Origin: Candidatus Nanopelagicales bacterium
GTDB lineage: Bacteria > Actinomycetota > Actinomycetes > S36-B12
Assembly: GCA_040266055.1 (NCBI GenBank)
Contig: JBDQFC010000008.1
Coordinates: 14,070 to 78,069 of the forward strand
Length of the DNA stretch: 64,000 nt
Direction of reading: 5' to 3'
The notes below the pieces were generated by a model. That model saw only the letters and a list, made by a program, of their open reading frames with translations. It was not told the origin of the DNA and made no database searches. Positions 32,293-43,469 of the stretch are shown here, one piece after another. The position numbers and the translations under genes are program-made. Position 1 is the stretch's first letter, and the number at the start of each line of letters is the position of its first letter.

Positions 32293-32363
32293 TTGACCTT
32301 GAGACTTAGGTCCAATGTGTGTTGGCGTGTCGCATTGTCGGGCTCGTGACCGCTGCCTAGATT
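32293..32363 (+). promoter_or_regulatory. Palindrome GACCT-N8-AGGTC plus sigma-A-like promoter (TTGTCG-17-TAGATT) upstream of the MerR gene
   Basis: Read directly: palindrome 32295-32312, -35 at 32335-32340, -10 at 32358-32363. Confidence 0.5.
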
Positions 32364-32450
32364 CCTTCCCACGGCTTCCCCAGCGGGTCACCAGAACCCG
32401 CGCCTGGGCCCTCGGCTCGGCAGTAGGGTGAGGCCGGACGAGGAGGAGCA

Positions 32451-33023
32451 GTGACCGGTAGGCAGATGCCCGCGGACGAGTCGAACCAGGGCGCACTTTT
32501 CGATGATGCCGACCTTCGCCCGTTGCCCGCACACGTCGGCTACCGCGGCCCCGTCGCCTGCTCGGCGGCCGGGATCACCTACCGGCAATTGGATTACTGG
32601 GCCCGCACGGGCCTAGTTGCTCCCACGGTTCGCGGCGCTGCCGGATCAGGCACCCAGCGCCTCTACAGCTTCCGCGACATCTTGATCCTCCGGATCGTCA
32701 AGCGTCTGATCGATACCGGTGTGTCCCTGCAGAACATTCGCGCAGCAGTAGACCACCTGACTACGCGCGAGGGCGACGACCTGGCCCGGATTACTTTGAT
32801 GAGCGACGGCGCGAGCATCTACGAGTGCCGCAGCGCGGACGAGGTAGTTGACCTTGTTCGGGGCGGCCAGGGAGTTTTCGGAATCGCCGTCGGCAGTGTC
32901 TGGCGTGAGGTGGAGGGCACTTTGGCGACGCTGCCCGCCGAGGATCCGGACGGTGAGAACGTGGTTCCCGCTGGTGTAACGGACGAGCTCGCGCAACGCC
33001 GTGCCCAACGTGCTGCCGGCTGA
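32451..33023 (+). CDS. MerR-family transcriptional regulator
   Basis: GYRGP.AC..AGITYRQLDYWART, GSGTQRLYSF.D, GQGVFGIA. Confidence 0.93.
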   Translation: MTGRQMPADESNQGALFDDADLRPLPAHVGYRGPVACSAAGITYRQLDYWARTGLVAPTVRGAAGSGTQRLYSFRDILILRIVKRLIDTGVSLQNIRAAVDHLTTREGDDLARITLMSDGASIYECRSADEVVDLVRGGQGVFGIAVGSVWREVEGTLATLPAEDPDGENVVPAGVTDELAQRRAQRAAG

Positions 33024-33044
33024 CGTCATCTTCGGTATCATCTG

Positions 33045-33265
33045 TATCGCTGAACATCTCGTGCGGGAGAGAGTCGCTATCCAGCCAGGGTAGAGGCCGC
33101 CGAAGGAGCAATTGCCCCGACAAACTCTCAGGCACCGGTACCGCTCGAGTAGGCATCTCTGGAAAAGGGACCTGTCCCTACCGACGGTGAAAGCCTCGGC
33201 CGGCGAGCAATCGCTGGTGGCGGTGAAGCTCTCAGGTCACGCTTGCGTGGGTAACAGAGGGGGAG
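33045..33265 (+). ncRNA. Tandem glycine riboswitch
   Basis: Aptamer 1: GCGGGAGA..CGCCGAAGGAGCAA..AAACTCTCAGG..ACCGC; aptamer 2: CTCTGGAAA..CCGACGGTGAAA..GCTCTCAGG..ACAGAGG; -10 TATCAT at 33036-33041; upstream of gcvP. Confidence 0.95.
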
Positions 33266-33305
33266 CAGTGCCAACGCTGTTCGCCCTCGACGCCTGGAGA
33301 GCCAG

Positions 33306-36143
33306 ATGGATTTCAGTGCCCGTCACATTGGTCCCCGCAATTCGGACATTCCGCAGATGCTCGCCGAACTTGGTTATTCCGATCTTGACTCCTTCGTTCA
33401 AGCCGTTGTTCCGGCGGGGATCTTGGACACCGACAACATGGGAATTCCTGTCGCGAGCAGCGAATCTGAGGCCCTTGCCGAGCTCGAGCGACGCATCTCG
33501 GGGGTCGAACTCCCAACCTCGATGATCGGTTTGGGCTATCACGGAACGGTGATGCCCGAGGTGATCAAGCGGGGCATCCTTCTCAACCCCGGTTGGTACA
33601 CGGCCTACACGCCCTACCAACCAGAGATCTCCCAGGGGCGCCTGGAAGCACTACTGAACTTCCAAACCCTCGTGGAGGATCTCACTGGCCTTGCCGTCGC
33701 TGGTTCGTCACTTTTGGATGAACCGACGGCTGTCGCAGAGGCCATGGGATTGGCCATCAAGCACGGGCCCAAAGGCGTCTCCCGGCTCGCGATTGATGCA
33801 GGCGTGCACCCGCAGGTTCGAGCGGTCGTCGCAACGCGAGCTGAGCCGCAAGGCATCGAACTCGTGGACTTCGATCTGTCCAAGGGGCTTCCCGAGGGTG
33901 ACTTCTCCGGCGTCGTCATCGCCTATCCGTCTTCTACTGGAGCGTTCGTCGATCCGCGTGGCGTCATCTCACAGGCCAAGGAGCGGGGGGCGCTGGTGAT
34001 CGTGGATGCAGATCCCCTCGCCTTGACGCTAGTGGAGTCACCCGGGGCACTAGGTGCAGACATCGCAGTGGGGTCCATGCAGCGCTTTGGTGTGCCGATG
34101 TCATTCGGCGGACCGCACGCGGGCTACATCGCCGTTCGATCCGGTCTTGAGCGCTCCCTGCCGGGCCGCTTGGTTGGCGTCAGTGTGGATGTCGATGGTC
34201 GACCGAGCTACCGGCTCGCGCTCCAGACCCGTGAGCAACACATCCGACGCGAGAAGGCGACGAGCAATATCTGCACGGCCCAGGTGCTGCTTGCCGTTTT
34301 GGCTGGCATGTATGCGGTTTACCACGGCCCGGAGGGGCTGACTGCAATCGCGCGTGGCGTGCACGGCCTTGCAGCCCGGCTCAATGAAGGTGCGAAGGAA
34401 GCGGGACTGACAACCCTCAACGCTGACTTCTTCGACACTATTGCGATCGAATCATCCGGAAAGGCGCAGCAGTTGTGCGCGGCCGCTGCCGCCGCTGGCG
34501 TGAACATCCGAACGGTCGGGGACGACGTCGTGTGCTTCACAGTCGATGAGACGACCACCGATGAGCAGGCACAGACCCTCGCTCGAGCATTGGGCTTCGA
34601 ACTTGCCGTCGGCGCTGACGACGCTTTGCCTGCGGCCCTGACGCGGACGGGGGAGTTGCTTCAGTTCCAGGTCTTCCAGCAGTACCGCAGTGAGACCTCC
34701 TTGATGCGTTACATGCGTTCCCTAGCGGATAAGGATCTTGCTCTTGACCGCACGATGATTCCGTTGGGCTCGTGCACGATGAAACTCAATGCTGCAGCGC
34801 AAATGGCTCCTATCACCTGGCCACAGTTCGCCGCTGCCCATCCGTTCGCGCCCGCTGATCAGGTTCAGCCGTACGTGGACATCATTTCCGAGCTTGAAGC
34901 TTGGCTCGTAGGGATTACCGGATACGACGCCGTGTCGGTGCAGCCCAACGCTGGGTCGCAGGGCGAGTTCGCAGGGTTGATGGCGATCCGCGCGTACCAC
35001 CGTGCCAACGGCGACGATCAGCGTTCGATCTGCCTCATCCCGAGCAGCGCCCACGGCACGAACGCCGCAAGTGCGGTGATGGCTGGGATGAAGGTTGTGG
35101 TTGTTGCCTGCGACGACAGCGGAGACGTTGACGTCGAGGACCTTAAGGCGAAGATCGCACAGCATGGTGAGAACCTCGCGGCACTGATGATCACCTACCC
35201 GTCCACTCACGGCGTCTTCGAAGACGCCGTGCAGGAAATCTGTGGTCTTGTCCACGACGCTGGCGGTCAGGTCTACGTCGATGGTGCCAACCTCAATGCC
35301 CTCGTTGGTCTGGCCAAGCCGGGGAAGTTCGGCGCCGACGTGTCGCATCTGAACTTGCACAAGACGTTCGCGATTCCGCACGGGGGAGGGGGTCCGGGCG
35401 TGGGACCGATCGGGGTCCGCGCGCACCTCGCGCCGTATCTGCCGGGTCATCCCCTTCGCCCTGATGCAGGTCCAAGCGGACGCGGATTCGCCGACGGGGG
35501 CATGGGGCCGGTCAGCGGAGCGCCGTGGGGGAGTGCGGGCATTCTGCCAATCCCTTGGATGTACATCCGCATGATGGGCGACGACGGCCTGCGCGAGGCG
35601 ACCAGCGTCGCGATCCTGTCGGCTAACTACATCGCACACCGATTGAAGGATCACTACCCGATCTTGTACACCGCACCCAACGGCACTGTTGCACACGAGT
35701 GCATCCTGGACATCCGACCGTTGACAGCGGCGAGCGGTGTCAGTGTTGACGACATCGCCAAGCGACTCATTGACTATGGCTTTCACGCACCAACCATGTC
35801 TTTCCCGGTGGCTGGCACGCTGATGGTTGAGCCGACCGAGAGCGAGGACTTGGCCGAACTGGATCGGTTCTGCGACGCGATGATCGCTATCAAGGCGGAG
35901 ATCGACGCTGTTGAAGCCGGACAGTGGCCGGACGACGACAACCCGTTGGTCAACGCGCCGCATACGGCCGACTGCCTGATCGGGGAGTGGAACCACGCCT
36001 ACCCCGCACGTCTTGCGGCTTTCCCGGCGCCGGGAATGGAGAACGGCAAGTACTGGCCACCCGTTCGCCGGATCGACGGTGCCTACGGCGACCGCAATCT
36101 GGTGTGTTCGTGCCCGCGGCCGGAGGAACTCGTAGCCCCTTAA
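33306..36143 (+). CDS. gcvP: Glycine dehydrogenase (decarboxylating), P protein
   Basis: [50 protein letters not shown]. Confidence 0.98.
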   Translation: MDFSARHIGPRNSDIPQMLAELGYSDLDSFVQAVVPAGILDTDNMGIPVASSESEALAELERRISGVELPTSMIGLGYHGTVMPEVIKRGILLNPGWYTAYTPYQPEISQGRLEALLNFQTLVEDLTGLAVAGSSLLDEPTAVAEAMGLAIKHGPKGVSRLAIDAGVHPQVRAVVATRAEPQGIELVDFDLSKGLPEGDFSGVVIAYPSSTGAFVDPRGVISQAKERGALVIVDADPLALTLVESPGALGADIAVGSMQRFGVPMSFGGPHAGYIAVRSGLERSLPGRLVGVSVDVDGRPSYRLALQTREQHIRREKATSNICTAQVLLAVLAGMYAVYHGPEGLTAIARGVHGLAARLNEGAKEAGLTTLNADFFDTIAIESSGKAQQLCAAAAAAGVNIRTVGDDVVCFTVDETTTDEQAQTLARALGFELAVGADDALPAALTRTGELLQFQVFQQYRSETSLMRYMRSLADKDLALDRTMIPLGSCTMKLNAAAQMAPITWPQFAAAHPFAPADQVQPYVDIISELEAWLVGITGYDAVSVQPNAGSQGEFAGLMAIRAYHRANGDDQRSICLIPSSAHGTNAASAVMAGMKVVVVACDDSGDVDVEDLKAKIAQHGENLAALMITYPSTHGVFEDAVQEICGLVHDAGGQVYVDGANLNALVGLAKPGKFGADVSHLNLHKTFAIPHGGGGPGVGPIGVRAHLAPYLPGHPLRPDAGPSGRGFADGGMGPVSGAPWGSAGILPIPWMYIRMMGDDGLREATSVAILSANYIAHRLKDHYPILYTAPNGTVAHECILDIRPLTAASGVSVDDIAKRLIDYGFHAPTMSFPVAGTLMVEPTESEDLAELDRFCDAMIAIKAEIDAVEAGQWPDDDNPLVNAPHTADCLIGEWNHAYPARLAAFPAPGMENGKYWPPVRRIDGAYGDRNLVCSCPRPEELVAP

Positions 36144-36152
36144 CACCTTTTT

Positions 36153-36195
36153 CCCACATGCTGGGCGATTGACGGACGATCTCCCAGCATGTGGG
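36153..36195. terminator. Perfect 13-bp inverted repeat between convergent genes (possible bidirectional terminator)
   Basis: CCCACATGCTGGG (36153-36165) and CCCAGCATGTGGG (36183-36195), 17-nt loop; no downstream U-tract on either strand. Confidence 0.6.
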
Positions 36196-36205
36196 GTTGT
36201 ATGCA

Positions 36206-36730
36206 CTATTTCCCAGGACGCGTCCAGTCGTGACGCTCAATGCGTAAGACAAGGCAATCGTCATTCCCCAGTCGGCGTTCCCCAACGTCGGTTAAGCCGA
36301 GTCGTCGATGGAAGGTGATCGCGCCGAGGTTCGTCACCAGGGGATCGATGAGGATTGTGTGCGCATGATGGTCGACGAAAGCACGTTCAATCGCATGCGT
36401 CATCATCGCGGTGCCGTAGCCACGCCGGAGAGCGTCCGGCTCACCGATCCAGATGTCGATCGCGAAGGTGCCGGGGGAGACCTCTCCCCAGTAGCGGGTC
36501 GGCTCGGACTCTGCATCGAGTACAACGACGACGCCTATCGGGCAGCCATCGACCTCGCAGATCCACACCTCTTGCCACTGGACAGCAAGCTCGGTCTCCC
36601 ACTGCCAACCCGGGTCGGTTCCCATGACGCAAGAGACGTGATCAGCCTGCTCCCAGCCTCGAAGGCGAGGAACGTCGCCGAATTCAGCGCGTCGAAAATA
36701 AAGGCGCCACGGGGAGTTCGGCAGCGGCAC
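36206..36730 (-). CDS. GNAT N-acetyltransferase, AAC(6')-Ib/AlcB-like
   Basis: YWG, AIDIWIGE, RRGYGT, IDP..N..A; GTG start 2 nt after the upstream stop. Confidence 0.85.
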   Translation of the reverse strand: MPLPNSPWRLYFRRAEFGDVPRLRGWEQADHVSCVMGTDPGWQWETELAVQWQEVWICEVDGCPIGVVVVLDAESEPTRYWGEVSPGTFAIDIWIGEPDALRRGYGTAMMTHAIERAFVDHHAHTILIDPLVTNLGAITFHRRLGLTDVGERRLGNDDCLVLRIERHDWTRPGK

Positions 36731-36732
36731 TG

Positions 36733-37353
36733 TTAAAGCCTGACGGCGCGGACCCACACATAGTCCTGGGTGTCAGCATCAGGTCGGATGTGGACCTGAT
36801 CGAACGATTGTTCGATTGTGAAATCATCACCGAACAGGGTCTCGAAGTCCTCAACGGATTGATGGCGCACGGGTAGTCCGGCGCACATGTCGGGTCCTGA
36901 TTCCGAGAAACCACCGATAACAACGACGGATCCCGGTGCGGTGGCCGCCCGAAGAACCGAGGCGTAGCGCGCTCGTTGTTGGTCGTCGAGCAGGAAGTGC
37001 AATACGGCGCGGTCGTGCCACAGGCCGTAGGTGCGCGGGGGAATCCAAGACAAGAGGTCGTGATTAATCCAGTTCACCTGATCAGCCCGTGAAGACAGTC
37101 GCACTCGAGAGATGTTCAGTGCCACGACAGACCAATCAATGACGCTCAGTTCGCTCCAGCCACGGTCCAGGGCTTCGTCTATCCAGACTGAAGCGCCTGC
37201 ACCAACGTCAATGGCAGGAGTCGACACATCAAGGTCGCCGATCATCGTCCAGCTGGGGTCGGCAGAGGACTGAAACCAGCCCCGGGTTGTGTAGTCACCA
37301 GATTCGGTGGGTGAGAAGGATCGGTCCCAGTGGGCCGACGACGACTCAGGCAC
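36733..37353 (-). CDS. Class I SAM-dependent methyltransferase
   Basis: HWD, IDVGAGAS, WHDRAVLHFL, GPDMCAGLPV; SD AGGAGG. Confidence 0.9.
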   Translation of the reverse strand: MPESSSAHWDRSFSPTESGDYTTRGWFQSSADPSWTMIGDLDVSTPAIDVGAGASVWIDEALDRGWSELSVIDWSVVALNISRVRLSSRADQVNWINHDLLSWIPPRTYGLWHDRAVLHFLLDDQQRARYASVLRAATAPGSVVVIGGFSESGPDMCAGLPVRHQSVEDFETLFGDDFTIEQSFDQVHIRPDADTQDYVWVRAVRL

Positions 37354-37379
37354 GAGGGGCCTCCTGGCTTGCTACGGAC

Positions 37380-37393
37380 ATAATGTGCATTAT
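37380..37393. promoter_or_regulatory. AT-rich palindrome, putative operator
   Basis: ATAATG-TG-CATTAT, 26 nt upstream of the methyltransferase GTG. Confidence 0.45.
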
Positions 37394-37439
37394 CGGCTTA
37401 ATCCCACGGTGGCAGTTCTACCGCCCGACACCACACCTG

Positions 37440-39748
<2,309 letters not shown>

Positions 39749-39773
39749 TCGTGCGTCGTGCCATAGTGGAGTT

Positions 39774-40064
39774 ATGACCACTTCCCCGCCGGAGAACAAC
39801 GGCGATGACGACCTTCCGGACATCCCGGACTTCATCTCCGATGATGCCTTCACTGCCAGTGGCCCCAAGGAGCCATCCGCTGAGGAACGCGCAGCCAAGG
39901 CTGCTCGCATTGCCAGGGAGAACGATCGTCTTCGCAAGGCTGGGCAGATCTCCGATGGATCGGGCAAGCCGGCTTACCGGAAATCATCCAAACTCGCGCC
40001 ATGGATCGGGATTGGCGCAGCTGTCGCCGTTCTCGTCGTCGTGGTCGCTCTTCTCGCGCGCTGA
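39774..40064 (+). CDS. Small hypothetical protein with C-terminal TM anchor
   Basis: 96 aa; acidic N-terminus, PSAEER helix, terminal hydrophobic helix; -10-like CATAGT 6 nt upstream. Confidence 0.7.
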   Translation: MTTSPPENNGDDDLPDIPDFISDDAFTASGPKEPSAEERAAKAARIARENDRLRKAGQISDGSGKPAYRKSSKLAPWIGIGAAVAVLVVVVALLAR

Positions 40065-40068
40065 CGAA

Positions 40069-40422
40069 CTAAGCCGACTTGGGCAGTTCCTCGCGGGTTT
40101 CGCGCAGTAACGCCAGGCGCTCCTCGAGCAACTCTTCAAGATCGGCGCGGGTGCGTCGCTCCATGAGCATGTCCCAGTGCGTCCGCGCCGGCTTTTGAGC
40201 CTTGGGCTCCTCTGCAGCGATCTCGTCTGCGATCGCCGTGGCCCCACAGCGACACGTCCACTCGCGTTGAATTTCGTCAGCGTCCACGAAGTACGGCACA
40301 TCCGACACGTGTCCCTCAGGACAGACGTATCGAACAATTCGGCGTTCTGCCGGTGCTACGTTTTCGTCGCGCTCGTAGCTCAGGGCTCCAAGCCGGGTGC
40401 CCTTCATTGAAGTCTCGCCCAT
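40069..40422 (-). CDS. rbpA: RNA polymerase-binding protein RbpA (canonical)
   Basis: GTRLGALSYE, KPARTHWDMLMERRT, LEELLEERLALLR; SD GGGAGG; next to fxsA/ppm1/lnt. Confidence 0.95.
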   Translation of the reverse strand: MGETSMKGTRLGALSYERDENVAPAERRIVRYVCPEGHVSDVPYFVDADEIQREWTCRCGATAIADEIAAEEPKAQKPARTHWDMLMERRTRADLEELLEERLALLRETREELPKSA

Positions 40423-40455
40423 TGCTGCCTCCCTTGCCGTTGTGCTTTCCCCTAG

Positions 40456-40481
40456 GACGCGTCGGGTGACGCCTCGGTTCC
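40456..40481 (-). promoter_or_regulatory. Putative SigR/SigH-type ECF promoter of rbpA
   Basis: GGAAC (40481-40477), 18 nt, GTC (40458-40456) on the minus strand. Confidence 0.55.
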
Positions 40482-40634
40482 CGTCCGATAATCGATATTT
40501 TGCGCTATCAGCCACGGAAAGCGGGTGCAGTTGACGCGCCCGACTGATTCACAATGGCGGATCCAATGCCCGAAAATCCGTACACAGTGGTCATCCAACG
40601 ACCATTGACCGGTTAGCCGCCTGAAGGGACGCTC

Positions 40635-41135
40635 CTACCGGCCTAGGGGCGTCGGTGGGGCGTCGTCGCCCCCCGTTGGGTCGTCCTGGCTGGCCTCGTA
40701 ACGCAGGTCCTCGACGATCACCGTGCCTTGGATGACGTCGCCGGAGGTCGGGAATCCGGGCATCCGCGTCATCCACGACTGCTGGCCAAGGGATCTGGTG
40801 AGGCGCCTTCCGACTGCCAATCGGACACCTGGGATAAGCAATGCGGCACCTGCTAGGTCGGTCAAATAACCCGGCACTATGAACAGCAGGCCGGCCAAGA
40901 ACTGTCCGACGCTCGCCCCGGCTTTGGCAGCCGCCTTTTGCGGATCGGAATTGGCCTCGCGCATCATGACCGTGGCACTCGCGCCGGCATTGCGCATCAA
41001 TGCAATTCCGATGGGGATTCCGATGAACATCCCCAGCAGAGCCCAACCCCAGCCGATCAACGAGGCGACCCCCCACAGGATCAAGATCTCTGCGAGCGGG
41101 TATCCGAAGAACACAAGCCGCGCCTTGAAACCCAT
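40635..41135 (-). CDS. fxsA: FxsA family membrane protein
   Basis: LAEI, GLLFIVPGYLTD.G.LLLIP, VIQGTVI. Confidence 0.9.
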   Translation of the reverse strand: MGFKARLVFFGYPLAEILILWGVASLIGWGWALLGMFIGIPIGIALMRNAGASATVMMREANSDPQKAAAKAGASVGQFLAGLLFIVPGYLTDLAGAALLIPGVRLAVGRRLTRSLGQQSWMTRMPGFPTSGDVIQGTVIVEDLRYEASQDDPTGGDDAPPTPLGR

Positions 41136-41149
41136 GATCAGCTCGCCCC

Positions 41150-41923
41150 CTAACGCCGCTTGTTGCCGACGGCCGCGCGCAAAGCTTGGCCGCGTTCCTT
41201 GAGCCCCCATTGCGTGACGCGCCACAGAGCTTCAGCAACGATGGCCCGACTCATCTTGCTGGTCCCCACGGTGCGCTCGACGAATGTGATGGGCACCTCA
41301 CGGACGATGAACCCACGTTGAACTGCGCGCCAGGCTAGGTCCACTTGGAAGCAATAACCCTGCGAGGCGACCGTATGTAAGTCGATGCCACGAAGAGTGT
41401 CCGCGCGGAAGGCTCGGTAACCACCGGTGGCGTCATAGATCGGAACGCCGAGCATGGCGCGTGTGTAGAGGTTGCCGCCTTTGGACAGCACCTCGCGTCC
41501 CTTGGACCAGTTTTCGGTGCCCCCGCCACTAATCCACCGAGAACCCAGAACAAGGTCCGCGCCCCGCAACGCTTCAAGGAGCCGATGGAGTTGCTCGGGT
41601 TGATGGGAGCCGTCGGCGTCCATTTCGACCAGAACATCGAAGCCGTTCTGCAGACCCCAGGTAAAGCCTGCGATGTAGGCGGCGCCGAGGCCTTCCTTGC
41701 CGTGCCGGTGCATGACCTGAACATGCTCGTCGCTCGCCGCTATTGAATCAGCGATTGCGCCGGTACCGTCCGGTGAGTTGTCGTCCGCGACGAGGATGTG
41801 GGCTTCGGGAACAGAGGCACGGATCCTCTCCACGATTACCGGGAGCGAATCACGCTCGTTGTATGTAGGAACGATGACGAGAATCCGTCCGAGGTCGCTG
41901 AAGTCCCTCTGCGCCCCTTCCAC
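41150..41923 (-). CDS. ppm1: Polyprenol monophosphomannose synthase
   Basis: IVPTYNE, DDNSPDGTG, KEGLGAAY, EMDADGSH, DATGGYRA, GYCFQVD. Confidence 0.95.
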   Translation of the reverse strand: MEGAQRDFSDLGRILVIVPTYNERDSLPVIVERIRASVPEAHILVADDNSPDGTGAIADSIAASDEHVQVMHRHGKEGLGAAYIAGFTWGLQNGFDVLVEMDADGSHQPEQLHRLLEALRGADLVLGSRWISGGGTENWSKGREVLSKGGNLYTRAMLGVPIYDATGGYRAFRADTLRGIDLHTVASQGYCFQVDLAWRAVQRGFIVREVPITFVERTVGTSKMSRAIVAEALWRVTQWGLKERGQALRAAVGNKRR

Positions 41924-41939
41924 CCCTTCAGCCTAACGG

Positions 41940-43469
41940 TCAGGAGTCGGGGCGTGAGGCGACTGCACGACGGCGGCGCACGTAGATCGTCAACCCGAGT
42001 CCAGCCAGCATTGCCGCCCCGGCGAGGTACTCCGGAATGGAATCCAGCCAGACGCTGAGCGTCGACCCCGTTCGCAGCGGGACTTCGGCGACGATGAAGC
42101 CGGTCTCGCCTTCGTCGAGGCGGTGCGTGACCGTGCCATCGGGTTGGATCACCCCGCTAACCCCAGTAGTCGATGCGACAACCACCGCGCGCCCTGATTG
42201 CAGGGCGCGCAACCGTTCGATGTCCCATTGCTGCGCTGGCTGTCCGGTTCCCTTGTAGGTCGCGTTATTCGTCTGGACAGTCATGAGCTCGGCGCCACCG
42301 CGGATGACAGCGCTGAAGACGTCGTCGTAGGCCACTTCGAAACAGATGACGTCACCGATCACGACTCCCCCGGCGTCCAGTACACCGGCCTCGGCGCCGG
42401 ATACGAAGTCGCGCGGCACCCGATCGAAGCGTCCGATCAATGGCGCGAGTTGTTCGCGGAACGGCACGAACTCACCGAAGGGCACCGGATGGTTTTTGAC
42501 GTACCGCTGTCCGGGGCCGGACACCGGGTCCCACACAATTCCCGTGTTTTGTACTTTGGTCGGATCATCGGTCTGCAGCACCACACCGACCACGATGGGC
42601 ACGCCGATCGCCTGAGCGGCCTGGTCAATCTCCTCGGCCGCGGTCGGATCCCGGAAGGGGTCGATATCTGAGGAGTTCTCTGGCCACAGAACAAAATCCG
42701 GCTGGGCAACCTCACCTGCTGCAACGGCATCAGCTAGCAGCAGGGTCTGATCAACGTGGTTTCGTAGGACTGCGCGGCGCACGTCCATCGCATCCATACC
42801 GATGCCCGGTGTGCCGCCTTGCACGAGTGCGACGGTTGCCGAGGACGATTCCCCGCCGAACTCCAGCGGGCGGGGAATGACGATCACGATCACGACCAGG
42901 ACAATCACTGTGACGGTCAGGGCGATGACTCGTCGGCGCCTGATCGCCTCGATGATCAAGACTGCGAGGATCACGATCAGGAACGTCACGCCCGCCATTC
43001 CCGCGACTCCGGTCAGCGGAGCAAGCGGTGAATTCCCCTGCGAAAAGGCCAACTCACCCCAGGGGAAGCCGCCGAGGGGTACCCGGCCCCGCAGTGCCTC
43101 CATCACTACCCAGGCGCTAGCCACCCAGATCGGTGAAGCCCGAAGGCGACTCAGTGGTCCGACGAACGCACCGAGTGCGGCGTTCCACAGTGCGCAGTAG
43201 GCCGCCAACAAGATCCAGGCATCGGTTCCGATGACCGTCATCCATGACAAGAGCACCAGAAAAAACGTCACACCGAAGACGAAACCCACGGCAGCCCCGA
43301 GCAGGCTACTCCCCCGCCATTGCGCCGCAAGCACGCCGACGACACCCAGTAGTGCCAGCGGCCAGATACCGATGGGTGCAAAGGCAAGTGCGGTCACCAC
43401 ACCCGAGATGGCAGCGATTGAGAGCGAGGCAATGACTCGCGCGGGACCTGTGTGTGTTTTGTCAGCCAC
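41940..43469 (-). CDS. lnt: Apolipoprotein N-acyltransferase
   Basis: Catalytic triad WPEN / YVKNHPVPFGE / ICFE; GFPWG, TNNA; GTG overlaps the upstream stop. Confidence 0.95.
   Translation of the reverse strand: MADKTHTGPARVIASLSIAAISGVVTALAFAPIGIWPLALLGVVGVLAAQWRGSSLLGAAVGFVFGVTFFLVLLSWMTVIGTDAWILLAAYCALWNAALGAFVGPLSRLRASPIWVASAWVVMEALRGRVPLGGFPWGELAFSQGNSPLAPLTGVAGMAGVTFLIVILAVLIIEAIRRRRVIALTVTVIVLVVIVIVIPRPLEFGGESSSATVALVQGGTPGIGMDAMDVRRAVLRNHVDQTLLLADAVAAGEVAQPDFVLWPENSSDIDPFRDPTAAEEIDQAAQAIGVPIVVGVVLQTDDPTKVQNTGIVWDPVSGPGQRYVKNHPVPFGEFVPFREQLAPLIGRFDRVPRDFVSGAEAGVLDAGGVVIGDVICFEVAYDDVFSAVIRGGAELMTVQTNNATYKGTGQPAQQWDIERLRALQSGRAVVVASTTGVSGVIQPDGTVTHRLDEGETGFIVAEVPLRTGSTLSVWLDSIPEYLAGAAMLAGLGLTIYVRRRRAVASRPDS

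Noticed and set aside
34722-36206. 494-aa antisense ORF over gcvP whose GTG overlaps the GNAT stop
   Set aside because: Lies on the opposite strand of a highly conserved gene, has no recognisable motif and has shadow-ORF composition; long antisense frames are expected at this GC content
36206-36730. Mobile aminoglycoside-resistance gene
   Set aside because: Family resemblance only; no integron attC, IS or transposase nearby, and the substrate cannot be inferred from sequence
37354-37439. Possible SAM-II/V-like riboswitch upstream of the methyltransferase
   Set aside because: Only a short ATTAAGCCG resemblance; the pseudoknot and binding core cannot be built; better explained as promoter/operator DNA
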